The notes beneath the pieces are model-generated. The model had not been told where the DNA came from and ran no database searches. It saw only the letters and a program-made list of their open reading frames with translations. From an uncultured bacterium (lineage in GTDB: Bacteria; Krumholzibacteriota; Krumholzibacteriia; LZORAL124-64-63), in assembly GCA_963727525.1 (NCBI GenBank), contig CAVSGO010000007.1, forward strand, positions 1,888,001-1,952,000: a DNA stretch of 64,000 nucleotides, in the 5' to 3' direction. This document shows, piece after piece, positions 47,075-56,166 of this stretch (position 1 is its first letter; each line of letters begins with the position of its first letter). A program made the translations under genes and the position numbers.

Positions 47075-49795
47075 CTACCGCACCAGTACCAGCCCGCGCG
47101 TGTCGATGGTCTTGCCATCCACGCGCAGCCGCGCGAAGTACGTGCCCGAGGCGCAGGGCCGCCCTCCCACATCGGCACCGTTCCAGTGCACCTCGTGCCG
47201 ACCAGCGGCCATACTGCTCTCCGTGAGCACGCGCACGCGGTGGCCCTGGGCGTCGTAGATCGCCAGGTCCACGTCGGCCGCGCGCGGCAGGCTGAAGGGG
47301 ACCACCGTCTGCGGGTTGAAGGGGTTGGGGTAGCACTGTTCGAGGACCGGACGCAGCGGTGGCGCCGCGGCGTCGTGGTCGGGTGTCGCGGTGGCCGGGC
47401 TGTACGGCTCGCCGAAATAGTGATCCAGGATGTAGGCGACATTCTGCGGCAACGCCGTGGCATTCAGCCTGTACGGGCGCCCCACGATGTACGCTAGCCG
47501 TCCACCGTCGGGACGATGCGTGCCGCCGAGCGGCGGCTCGACGATACAACCGGTGCCGCGCTCGCCGCTGAAGCCGCTGGTGTCCTTGAAGAGCAGGGTG
47601 GAGGTCGGACCCACTGCGGTCTGGAAGACGTCGTTGTACGACTGGGCGCCGGTGAAGCTCATGTCCACCAGGCCGGGCGCCACGGCCACGCAGTTGTCAA
47701 GGGTGGCGTCATGTTCGGCCCAGGTCACGCCGAGATAGGTGGACAGCGTCCCGGAGAGGAAGCTGGCGCCGCGCCGGCTCATGAGCAGCACGTTGCCGCC
47801 CGCTGCGAGGTACGACGGGATCGGTGTCTCCTGCCACAGCGGCAAGTCGCCGTTGTAGTCGTTGCCGATCCAGATCACGGCCGAGTACTGACCCAGGACG
47901 CCCGCCGGCACGGCGCCGTGACCGAGGGCCGGCGGCAACGTGGACGGGTAGCCGCCCGACGGCGTGGCAAAGCAATCCCAGAACGAGATCGGCGCGTCGC
48001 CCCAGAAGGCCTGCGCGAGGTAGGCGTTCTGGATCTCCGGGGAGTAGACGTTCCAGTCCACGCCGTTCACCAGCAGGATGCCATGATCGAAGGTGGGGTT
48101 GCTCACCGAGGTGTGCACCTGGCGCAGGATCCAGCGATCAGGGTCGAGTTGCACGTCGCTCACGGTGCCGGCCACGTCGAGCACGTAGCTCTCGCTGGCC
48201 TGGCTGTTCTCCACGCGCAGGTCCACCGTGCCCTGGTCGGTCGTCACGCGCAGCGGGATGGTCATGGTGAACAGGCCGGTGTCGGTCTGCACCTGGTCGA
48301 TGGTGACCGAGATCTGATTCGCGCCAGGTCCGGGATTCCAGGAATACTCGTAGATCGGGAAGTATTCGCCGTAGATCCACTGCTGGAAGAACGCGTCGAG
48401 GTCGCGACCACTGACGGACTCCATCACGTCACGGAACTGCTCGGTCGTGGCGGAACCGTAGCCGTACTGCGCGCGGTACTGCGCGAGGCCGGCGAAGAAG
48501 TCGTCGTCGCCGAGCACGCCGCGCAGCATGTGCACCACCCAGCTCCCCTTGTTGTAGCTGAGGGCGGTGCTGAAGATGTTGTCGTGGTTGACGTCTTCCA
48601 CGATGATCGTGCCGGCGCCGTAGTACGCGGCGGCGTCCATGTACTGCCGGTAGGCGGCCTCGCCCACCGATTGTTCCTTCCAGAACGCCTCGCACCACGT
48701 CGCGAAACCCTCGTTCAGCCAGATGTGCTGGAAGTTGGCGCACGTGATCATGTCGCCCCACCACGAGTGGGCCAGCTCGTGCGAGAGCAGGTCCTCGGAG
48801 TAGCCGCCCAGGCTCGTGCACGTCTGGTGCTCCATGCCGCCGCCCCACACGAACTCGGCCTGGCCGTACTTCTCGTCCACGAAGGGATATTCCCCGAAAC
48901 CATGCGCGTAGGCGGTGATCATGGGCACGACGAGGGCATACGTGCTCTGCACGGCGTCGTAATGATCCGGGTAGACGAAATACTCCACCGGCATCGGGTC
49001 GCCGCCGTCCAGGCGCGGGTACATGTGGGAGAATTGCGTGTAGGGATAGCAGGCGATCGAGACGAGGTAGGTGGCGATGGGATAGTTCGAGTGCCAGTGC
49101 ACGGTGTGCGTCGAACCGTTGTTCACGTCCCCGACCTGCAGCCCCTGGCTGGCGACGACGAGGTTGCTCGGCAGCGTGACACGGACGTCCAGCGAGTCCG
49201 CCTTGTCATCGTTGACGTCCTTGCACGGCCACCAGACGTGTGCGCCGAAAGGTTCACTCAGCGACCAGATCATGGGCTGACCGGCGTGGCTGTCCCAGCC
49301 GAAGAATTCGCCGGCGGGATTGCCGCTGTAGGTGAGCGCCACCGTGACGCTCTCGCCCGTGGCGTAGGCGCGGTCGAGGTCCACGGTCACGAGGTCGGCG
49401 GCGTGGGTCCAGGTGGTCGCCGCGCCGTTCACCGAGGCCGCCGTCACGGCCATGTTGGCCACCAGGTTCAGCTCGAAGGTGCTGATGCTCACGCCCGTCA
49501 CCGTGGCCGTGGTGGTGACGGTACCGCCCAGCGTGCTGTTCGTGGGCGTGAGCGTGAGGTCGAGGTCGTAATGGGTGACGTCGTAGAGCGCCTGATTCGC
49601 GGTGGCCGGCGGTACGGCGAGCATGGCCTTGGCCAGATGTTCCTTCAGCGTCGCCTCGTCCTGGCGGTGCTGCCACAGGGTCTGGCGCAGGGCGTCGGGG
49701 TCATCGGAGGGCGCCGCGAAGGCCGCAGTCGCGGCGACGGCAAGAAGGACGACGAGGACGACACGCGCCCGCAAAGACAAGGCAAAGGTGGTCAT
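47075..49795 (-). CDS. Secreted M1 family aminopeptidase with C-terminal FlgD-Ig domain
   Basis: Signal peptide; 'GGMEH', 'HELAHSWWG', 'WLNEGFA', 'YNKG'; 'YPNPFNP...ASGTY'. Confidence 0.9.
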   Translation of the reverse strand: MTTFALSLRARVVLVVLLAVAATAAFAAPSDDPDALRQTLWQHRQDEATLKEHLAKAMLAVPPATANQALYDVTHYDLDLTLTPTNSTLGGTVTTTATVTGVSISTFELNLVANMAVTAASVNGAATTWTHAADLVTVDLDRAYATGESVTVALTYSGNPAGEFFGWDSHAGQPMIWSLSEPFGAHVWWPCKDVNDDKADSLDVRVTLPSNLVVASQGLQVGDVNNGSTHTVHWHSNYPIATYLVSIACYPYTQFSHMYPRLDGGDPMPVEYFVYPDHYDAVQSTYALVVPMITAYAHGFGEYPFVDEKYGQAEFVWGGGMEHQTCTSLGGYSEDLLSHELAHSWWGDMITCANFQHIWLNEGFATWCEAFWKEQSVGEAAYRQYMDAAAYYGAGTIIVEDVNHDNIFSTALSYNKGSWVVHMLRGVLGDDDFFAGLAQYRAQYGYGSATTEQFRDVMESVSGRDLDAFFQQWIYGEYFPIYEYSWNPGPGANQISVTIDQVQTDTGLFTMTIPLRVTTDQGTVDLRVENSQASESYVLDVAGTVSDVQLDPDRWILRQVHTSVSNPTFDHGILLVNGVDWNVYSPEIQNAYLAQAFWGDAPISFWDCFATPSGGYPSTLPPALGHGAVPAGVLGQYSAVIWIGNDYNGDLPLWQETPIPSYLAAGGNVLLMSRRGASFLSGTLSTYLGVTWAEHDATLDNCVAVAPGLVDMSFTGAQSYNDVFQTAVGPTSTLLFKDTSGFSGERGTGCIVEPPLGGTHRPDGGRLAYIVGRPYRLNATALPQNVAYILDHYFGEPYSPATATPDHDAAAPPLRPVLEQCYPNPFNPQTVVPFSLPRAADVDLAIYDAQGHRVRVLTESSMAAGRHEVHWNGADVGGRPCASGTYFARLRVDGKTIDTRGLVLVR

Positions 49796-49868
49796 GGAAG
49801 ACTCCCGAGATCGGTGGCGACGGTGAGACGTGCGGCACGGGCCCGCGGTTGACATGCCTGGCCAGCAG

Positions 49869-49877
49869 ATTGTAGCA
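49869..49877 (-). promoter_or_regulatory. Extended -10 promoter element for the aminopeptidase
   Basis: Minus strand TG-C-TACAAT about 75 bp upstream of the ATG. Confidence 0.4.
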
Positions 49878-50070
49878 CAGAATCGCAAATATGACAGGGC
49901 TGAAGTCGGATCCACCGGCGCCAGGAGACCATCGCGCCGTGGTCCGATATTCCATCAATGAACGCACACATTCAGAACCAGGGTCGGTCTCGCGGGAACA
50001 TCGTCGCGCCACGAGGTGTTGGCGCGCACACCGCGATGCAAGATTTCACCATCGACGAACGTGAGAGACC

Positions 50071-50928
50071 ATGCCTCGCCCGTCCCTTCGTGCCCTCGCC
50101 GTGGCCATTGCGGTGGCCGCGGTTGCCGGCGCCGCTCTGGCCGAGCCGCCCCTCACCCACGAGAACCTCGACTGGGCCGCGCCGTGGCGGTGGGTGCATC
50201 TCGACAATGTCGATCCGGCGCAGGCGACGGTCTTCGAGTCGGCGCGCCGCGGCTGGTTGAAGGCTCTCGATCGCGACGATGGGCGGCGCGACGAGGGACT
50301 CCTCGGCGATGGACGACCGCTCTTCTGGAGCGCCCAGGGCGACAGTGTCGATTCCTACCTCACGTTCTATCCATTCCGTACCTGGAGCGACCTCGACGAC
50401 CGCGTCGCCATGGTGCGCCGTACTAACGGCGTCGTGGGTGAGGATGCGGCGGCCGCGTACGACGCCGGCGATGCGGCCCTCGTGCCGCCACATCTCTGGC
50501 AGATCTGGCGGCGGCGTGCGGCGGCCGACATCGTCACCGCCGCCACCGACTCGCTCACCGAGCTGACGGCGAGCCGCGCTCGCGTCGAGCGGCGGCAGGT
50601 CGACTGGGTGCGGTGGGACGACTTCGAGCAATGCTGGGCCGCCGTGCAGGCCGCGCTCGCGGCCCAGGACTATCCGCTGGCTTGCCGTGTCTTCACGAAC
50701 ACGTATGGGGGGCCCCAGGGCGATATGGTGCTCATGTGGCTGGCCCCCGATGTCGCGCACTACCAGGCGGCGCCGACGCTCGCCGACGCGATCGCCCGCC
50801 AGCTCGGGCCCGAAGAGGGCGCCCGGCTCGTTGCCGACCTCGACGCTCTATTTCCCGCCCGCCAGACGTGGGAGATGACGCGGCGCGCCGATCTCTCGAA
50901 CCTCGCAACAAGGAGTGTTTCGCCATGA
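50071..50928 (+). CDS. Secreted hypothetical protein (possible duplicated alpha/beta-barrel, NIPSNAP-like)
   Basis: Signal peptide 'AVAGAALA-E'; two halves each ending in 'R..D(I/L)'; ATGA overlap with tpx. Confidence 0.6.
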   Translation: MPRPSLRALAVAIAVAAVAGAALAEPPLTHENLDWAAPWRWVHLDNVDPAQATVFESARRGWLKALDRDDGRRDEGLLGDGRPLFWSAQGDSVDSYLTFYPFRTWSDLDDRVAMVRRTNGVVGEDAAAAYDAGDAALVPPHLWQIWRRRAAADIVTAATDSLTELTASRARVERRQVDWVRWDDFEQCWAAVQAALAAQDYPLACRVFTNTYGGPQGDMVLMWLAPDVAHYQAAPTLADAIARQLGPEEGARLVADLDALFPARQTWEMTRRADLSNLATRSVSP

Positions 50929-51527
50929 AGATCTCGACTCGCGCGGTCCCGGCCACGGTTGCCCTGGCCCTCGCCGTCGCTCTCGCCCTGCCCGCCCTGG
51001 CCGCCAATCCAGGCTCCGTCACACTCAAGGGCGTGCCCCTGGAGCTGGCCGGTACCGGCGTCGCGATCGGCGATCCGGCGCCGAATTTCACGGCGTTGAA
51101 CGGCTCATTCGAACCCGTCTCGCTCGCAGACTTCAAGGGGAAGACCGTGCTTATCAGCGCGGTGCCGAGCCTGGACACCGAGGTCTGCACGCTGCAGACG
51201 CGCCACTTCAATCAGGCCATCGCCAAGCTGCCCGCGAGCGTGGTCGTCTTGACGATCAGCATGGATCTTCCCTTCGCGCAGCAGCAATTCTGCGGCAAGG
51301 AAGACATCACGTCGATGGTGGTGACGTCCGACTCGGCGCGGCGCGAGTTCGGCAAGGCGTACGGCGTGTATATCCCGTCGCGCGGATTGCTCGCACGGTC
51401 GGTCTTCGTGGTGGGGCCTGAGGGCGTGCTGCGGTATGCGCAGATCGTGCCCGAGCTGACACAGGAACCCGACTACGACGCGGCGCTGGCCGCCGTGCGC
51501 AAGGTGGCGAAGGCGGCTGCGCACTAA
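50925..51527 (+). CDS. tpx: Thiol peroxidase Tpx with N-terminal signal peptide
   Basis: 'VTLKG', 'VPSLDTEVC', 'ISMDLPFAQ..FC', 'LLARSVFV', 'EPDY'; AAGGAG RBS. Confidence 0.92.
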   Translation: MKISTRAVPATVALALAVALALPALAANPGSVTLKGVPLELAGTGVAIGDPAPNFTALNGSFEPVSLADFKGKTVLISAVPSLDTEVCTLQTRHFNQAIAKLPASVVVLTISMDLPFAQQQFCGKEDITSMVVTSDSARREFGKAYGVYIPSRGLLARSVFVVGPEGVLRYAQIVPELTQEPDYDAALAAVRKVAKAAAH

Positions 51528-52270
51528 TCGGATTTGTGGAGCAGACCCTCGAGCTTCGATTTCGCAGCGTCGCTCACGTTCTGCCCCGGCGCATTCTTCA
51601 GGAGAGCGCCGAGGCGTCCCTCCAGCTCGCTGTCGAGGGCCATCCCGGCGGCTTTCTGGATGAGGCGCTCCAGCACCTGCTTGCCGATCTCCGCGGACGG
51701 CGCGCCGTCGGGTGCGCCCAGGTCGGTGAGCGTGAAGGCGGGCAGGTCTTGCGAGCGAACCTCGACACCGAGCGCCGAGGCGTCGGCCGTCACCTCGCCG
51801 CCCGTGAACCGTAGCGACCGCACGATCAGCGGCGGTGAGGGCTGATCGGGCTGCGACGTGGGCTTCGCCTCGTCGAGGCGATCGCGGATGATATCGAGGT
51901 TGCGACGGCCGTCCTTGGCGATCTCGTAACGCACTGTGGCGTCGTCCACCGTCAACTCCTGCACCACGTGCGGTTCCTTGCGCAGCGTACCGGTATCGAG
52001 ATCGAGCACCAGCGTGCCCAGGGCCAGGGCATCCTGCCCGGAGAAGCCATCGGGGTTGGCGACGCGCAGGTCGTGGATGGTGACGCTGCCGTGACGGAGC
52101 TTCATCGTCACGCGGCCCACGCTCACCGACGTGCCTGTCAGGCGTGAGCCCTGCGTCTCGATGGCGCTGGCCACGATGCCGTCGAGCTGATTGCGCATGA
52201 AGAGGGCGATACCGGCCACCACGATCACGACGGCGACCACGATGACGATGACGATCCGACTCTTGCGCAT
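51524..52270 (-). CDS. AsmA/DUF748-like membrane-anchored protein
   Basis: N-terminal TM; 'IETQGSRLTGTSVSVG', 'VANPDGFS', 'NLDII'. Confidence 0.7.
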   Translation of the reverse strand: MRKSRIVIVIVVAVVIVVAGIALFMRNQLDGIVASAIETQGSRLTGTSVSVGRVTMKLRHGSVTIHDLRVANPDGFSGQDALALGTLVLDLDTGTLRKEPHVVQELTVDDATVRYEIAKDGRRNLDIIRDRLDEAKPTSQPDQPSPPLIVRSLRFTGGEVTADASALGVEVRSQDLPAFTLTDLGAPDGAPSAEIGKQVLERLIQKAAGMALDSELEGRLGALLKNAPGQNVSDAAKSKLEGLLHKSD

Positions 52271-52372
52271 GCAAGGCCCTCCCGATTGGTGTTCTTCCGC
52301 CGCTCCCAGCCGCGGCCCCCACTCCCAAGGAAGGCGCGCCGGGGCGATCCGGCCAATCATCGCAATTCCGGA

Positions 52373-52401
52373 TTGACGGGGAGCGGATCCCGGGGCATGA
52401 T
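52373..52401 (+). promoter_or_regulatory. Sigma70-like promoter of the Cys-rich peptide gene, embedded in an inverted repeat
   Basis: TTGACG(52373)-N17-CATGAT(52396); flanked by GGATTGA...TCAATCC. Confidence 0.5.
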
Positions 52402-52440
52402 CCAGGAGGTTCCCCATCTTCAATCCAGGGAGGTCGATCG

Positions 52441-52665
52441 ATGCGTAAGGGTCTTTCCATTCTCCTGCTGGTCTTCGTGTTCACGATGGGCGTGGCGATC
52501 GGGGTCGACACCCAATCGGCCCAGGCCATCGGTGGCGGCGGATTCTGCTACTGGACCTGCGGCTGCAACGGCGTGCCGATCCGCTGCTGCTTCACGCCGC
52601 TCGGCGTGATCTGCTCCCCGGACCCGAACGGGCCGGTGCAGTGCCCGCAGATCGCCGACTGCTGA
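52441..52665 (+). CDS. Secreted cysteine-rich mini-protein (29-aa signal + 45-aa core with 8 Cys)
   Basis: GGGAGG RBS; signal ending 'SAQA'; all 8 Cys encoded by TGC and host-like GC-rich third positions. Confidence 0.75.
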   Translation: MRKGLSILLLVFVFTMGVAIGVDTQSAQAIGGGGFCYWTCGCNGVPIRCCFTPLGVICSPDPNGPVQCPQIADC

Positions 52666-52736
52666 GCGATCTCCCACCTTGACGTTGACGCGCGCGGGCG
52701 GACCATCCGCCCTCGCCACGAGGTTGCGAACGCACG

Positions 52737-53300
52737 ATGGCGCGCAGAATCCTGAAGGGGCTGGGCTGGCTCGTCCTGGTGGCCGCCGTGGGTGCTGCGG
52801 GTCTGTTCGTGGGCACACAGGTGCGTACGCGTATCGCGCCGCGTCCGCAGACGTTTCGCGCCGAGGACGTGCTCGACCACGACCTGCCGCAGGATGGCGA
52901 TTTCCCCGACGTGACCGTGATCGATGCCGATGGTGAGCCACGTCGGTGCCGCGATCTCGTGGCTGGCGGAACCGTCGTGCTCTTCCTCGATCTCGAATGT
53001 TCCCCCTGCACCGACATGGCCCGCCGCTGGCAGGATGCTCTCGGCCGAGGCGTGATCGCGCCGGCGCAACTATGGGCCATCACCGTCTATCCCCGCGACG
53101 CCATCACGGCGTACCAGGACGACAACGGCTTCACGTTTCCCATCTACGAGGACCGCGACCAGGTCTTCCGCCACGACTACGGCGTGAAGCAGTACCCCCT
53201 GGAGGTCACCGTGGGCGCATCGGGCAAGATCCGCCGCACCACGTTCGACTCGGTCACCCCCATCGATCCCCACGCTCTCGCCGCACGCCTCGCACGCTGA
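52737..53300 (+). CDS. Membrane-anchored TlpA/AhpC-TSA redoxin (CxxC)
   Basis: N-terminal TM; 'FPDVTV', 'LFLDLECSPCTDM', 'FTFPIYED', 'YGVKQYP'. Confidence 0.8.
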   Translation: MARRILKGLGWLVLVAAVGAAGLFVGTQVRTRIAPRPQTFRAEDVLDHDLPQDGDFPDVTVIDADGEPRRCRDLVAGGTVVLFLDLECSPCTDMARRWQDALGRGVIAPAQLWAITVYPRDAITAYQDDNGFTFPIYEDRDQVFRHDYGVKQYPLEVTVGASGKIRRTTFDSVTPIDPHALAARLAR

Positions 53301-53316
53301 GACCCGCCACGTCCAT

Positions 53317-53346
53317 TTGCCTCGCCGGTACCCGATCGGGTATACT
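53317..53346 (+). promoter_or_regulatory. Sigma70-like promoter with overlapping palindrome
   Basis: TTGCCT-N18-TATACT; palindrome TACCCGATCGGGTA at 53329-53342. Confidence 0.45.
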
Positions 53347-53386
53347 CGTGCGTCGGCCCCGCTTCCCCCACCTGTGAGGTTGTCGC

Positions 53387-56020
53387 ATGTCGTCCCGCTG
53401 GTTCCGCCTCGCGCTGCCGCTCGTCGCTGCCGTCGTCCTCGTCGCCGTGCTCGTGCCGCGCCTGCGCGAGGCCTGGGAGCCCTGGGAACCGCCCACGTTC
53501 GAGGAGAGCGACGCGGTCTCACGCGAGCCGGGCGATGGGCTGCCACCGCGCACGCCGAACCCCTGGTTCTACACGGAGCGCGCGTATCCGCTGGGGCACA
53601 TCGACCTCGCCAACTGGCACCGTGCACAGCTCCAGGCCACGGCGCTGCGGGCCGAGGCGGCCGCCAAGGGCGACCGCACGGCCTGGGAGTTGCGCGGCCC
53701 CACCAACATCGGCGGACGCATCACCGACATTGCCGTGGATCCGCGTAGCCCCCAGGTGGCGTTCGCGGGCGCGGCCGAGGGCGGCGTGCTGCGCACGCGC
53801 GATGGCGGTCAGTCGTGGACCCCGCTCCTCGACGACCAGGCGGCCCTCTCCGTCGGCGCGGTGTGCCTCGACCCCCAGGACCCCGACGTCGTGTACGCGG
53901 GCACGGGCGAGGTGAACCCCGGCGGTGGCAGCGTGGCCTACGGTGGCGTGGGCGTGCTGCGTTCGCTCGACGGCGGCGACTCGTGGCAGCCGCTGGGTCT
54001 CGAGAACGCTGGCTCGATCGGTCGGCTGGTGGTCGACCCCACCGATAGTCAGCGCATCTTCGCGGCCGTCATGGGCCACCTCTGGCTCCCCGGCCCGGAT
54101 CGTGGCGTGTATCGCACCACCGACGGCGGCAGCACCTGGCAGCAGGTGCTGTACGTCGATGACACCACCGGCGCCGTCGATATCATCGTGCGGCCTGACG
54201 ATCCGCAGGTGATCCTTGCCGCCATGTGGCAACGCATCCGTACGCCCGAGCTCTACGACTACGGCGGCCCCGGCTGCGCGGTATGGCGCTCGGATGATGG
54301 CGGCGACACCTGGCAGATCGTGGGCGGCGGCCTGCCCACGCCGGGCACGGATTCCGGACGCATCGGGCTGACACTGTGCGCCGCGCAACCCGACCGCATG
54401 TACGCCGTGTACGCCGATCGCACCGGTTATTTTGCAGGCCTTTACCGCAGCAACGACGGCGGCGCCACCTGGACCCGCACCAGCGACGGCGCGCTGAGCA
54501 GCGTCTTCGCGAGCTACGGCTGGTGGTTCGGCAACGTGCGTTGCCACCCGACGGATCCCAACACCGTGTTCGTGCTCGGCCTCGACTTCTTCCGCACGAC
54601 CAACGGCGGCTCATCGTGGAGCGAGGTGTCGGATGGCATGCACGTCGACCATCACGCCCTCGCCTTCAGCACCGGCCTCACCCCGGTGATCTACGAGGGT
54701 AACGACGGCGGCCTCTACCGTTCGAACAACGGCGGCTCCGCGTGGGCCATGCTGCCCGACCAGCCGATCACGCAGGTCTACCGCCTCGCCCTCGACGCGC
54801 AGAACCCCGACGCGCTCTACCTCGGCGGTCAGGACATCAGCACGGTGCGCACGCTCACCGGCGCCCTCGACGACTGGAGCACCATCTTCGGCGGCGACGG
54901 CTTCCAGCCGCTGGTGCATCGGCTGAACGGCGACCGGATCTGGGCGCAGTTCCAGTACGGTTCGGTCTACTACTCGTCCAACGGGGGGCAGTCGTTCTCG
55001 TACGCTGGCAGTGGCATCAGCGGCAGCGATCGCGTCGCGTGGAACGCCCCGCACGTCCAGGACCCCACCGACACCGAACGGCGCTACTTCGGCACCAGCA
55101 GGCTCTACCGCAACAGCGGCAACACGAGCTGGACGGCGATCAGCGGCGACCTCACGGGCGGCCCGCACCACGGTCAGAGCGGCCAGGTGGACGGCACGCT
55201 CACGGCGATCGGCGTCTCGCCCATCGACGGCCAGGTGATCTGGACCGGCAGCGACGACGGCCGCGTGCACGTCACCACGAGCGGCGGCGGCACCTGGACC
55301 GACGTCTCCGCCGGCCTGCCCGATCGCTGGGTCACGAGCGTCCACAGCGATCCGTTCGTGCGCGAGACGGCCTATGTCACCGTGAGCGGGTTCCGCTGGA
55401 ACGAGCCGCTGCCCCACGTCTACCGTACCACGGACCTGGGCGCGACCTGGCAACCCATCGCCGGCAATCTGCCCGAGGCGCCGACCAACGATCTGCTCCC
55501 GTCGCCCGAGCTGGCGAACCGGCTATACGTGGCCACGGACGTGGGCGTGTACGAGACCCACGACGGCGGCACCACCTGGCAGGTGGCGGGTAGCGGCCTG
55601 CCACGCGTCGTGGTGACCGAGCTCGACTGGTCGGCGGCACGGCACGAGATCGTGGCCTCCACCTTTGGCCGCAGCGCCTGGAGCCTGCCCGTGTCGGGCG
55701 CCACGGCCGTGGGCGATGACATCGCTGTCGGCCATGGCGGTGCGCTCGGCCGCGTACTGGCGCCGTTCCCGAATCCAGCCTCCGATGGCACACGCATCCA
55801 GTGGGAGCTGGCGTCCTCCCGCCCGGTGACGGTGGACGTCATCACCGTGGCCGGGCGCCGTGTGCGCACCCTGCGGACCGATGCGGCCGCCGGCCGAGGT
55901 GGCCTCGACTGGGACGGACACGACGACGGCGGCCACCCCGTGGCGTCCGGGGTGTACCTGCTTCGCGTTTTGAGCGACGGTGAGGCGGTGGGTACCCGCA
56001 CGGTCGTTCTGCGACGTTGA
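53387..56020 (+). CDS. BNR/Asp-box beta-propeller (VPS10/GH74-like) protein with C-terminal FlgD-Ig domain
   Basis: Many '(S/T)xDGGx(S/T)W' Asp-boxes; 'GPTNIGGRI', 'HVDHHA', 'GNDGG', 'TFGRS'; 'PNP...WDG...ASGVY'. Confidence 0.85.
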   Translation: MSSRWFRLALPLVAAVVLVAVLVPRLREAWEPWEPPTFEESDAVSREPGDGLPPRTPNPWFYTERAYPLGHIDLANWHRAQLQATALRAEAAAKGDRTAWELRGPTNIGGRITDIAVDPRSPQVAFAGAAEGGVLRTRDGGQSWTPLLDDQAALSVGAVCLDPQDPDVVYAGTGEVNPGGGSVAYGGVGVLRSLDGGDSWQPLGLENAGSIGRLVVDPTDSQRIFAAVMGHLWLPGPDRGVYRTTDGGSTWQQVLYVDDTTGAVDIIVRPDDPQVILAAMWQRIRTPELYDYGGPGCAVWRSDDGGDTWQIVGGGLPTPGTDSGRIGLTLCAAQPDRMYAVYADRTGYFAGLYRSNDGGATWTRTSDGALSSVFASYGWWFGNVRCHPTDPNTVFVLGLDFFRTTNGGSSWSEVSDGMHVDHHALAFSTGLTPVIYEGNDGGLYRSNNGGSAWAMLPDQPITQVYRLALDAQNPDALYLGGQDISTVRTLTGALDDWSTIFGGDGFQPLVHRLNGDRIWAQFQYGSVYYSSNGGQSFSYAGSGISGSDRVAWNAPHVQDPTDTERRYFGTSRLYRNSGNTSWTAISGDLTGGPHHGQSGQVDGTLTAIGVSPIDGQVIWTGSDDGRVHVTTSGGGTWTDVSAGLPDRWVTSVHSDPFVRETAYVTVSGFRWNEPLPHVYRTTDLGATWQPIAGNLPEAPTNDLLPSPELANRLYVATDVGVYETHDGGTTWQVAGSGLPRVVVTELDWSAARHEIVASTFGRSAWSLPVSGATAVGDDIAVGHGGALGRVLAPFPNPASDGTRIQWELASSRPVTVDVITVAGRRVRTLRTDAAAGRGGLDWDGHDDGGHPVASGVYLLRVLSDGEAVGTRTVVLRR

Positions 56021-56166
56021 GGCCCATGAAGACCATTTTCATCATGAGTTTTCTCTTTAATTTCGGTAGTTAAATATCCTAAAATGGCGATCACCCACGA
56101 GCGTTGCGCGGGCGTCCCGCCGGAGTCCGCGCGCGTTCCTGACCACCAGCCCCAAGGAGATGTCTC

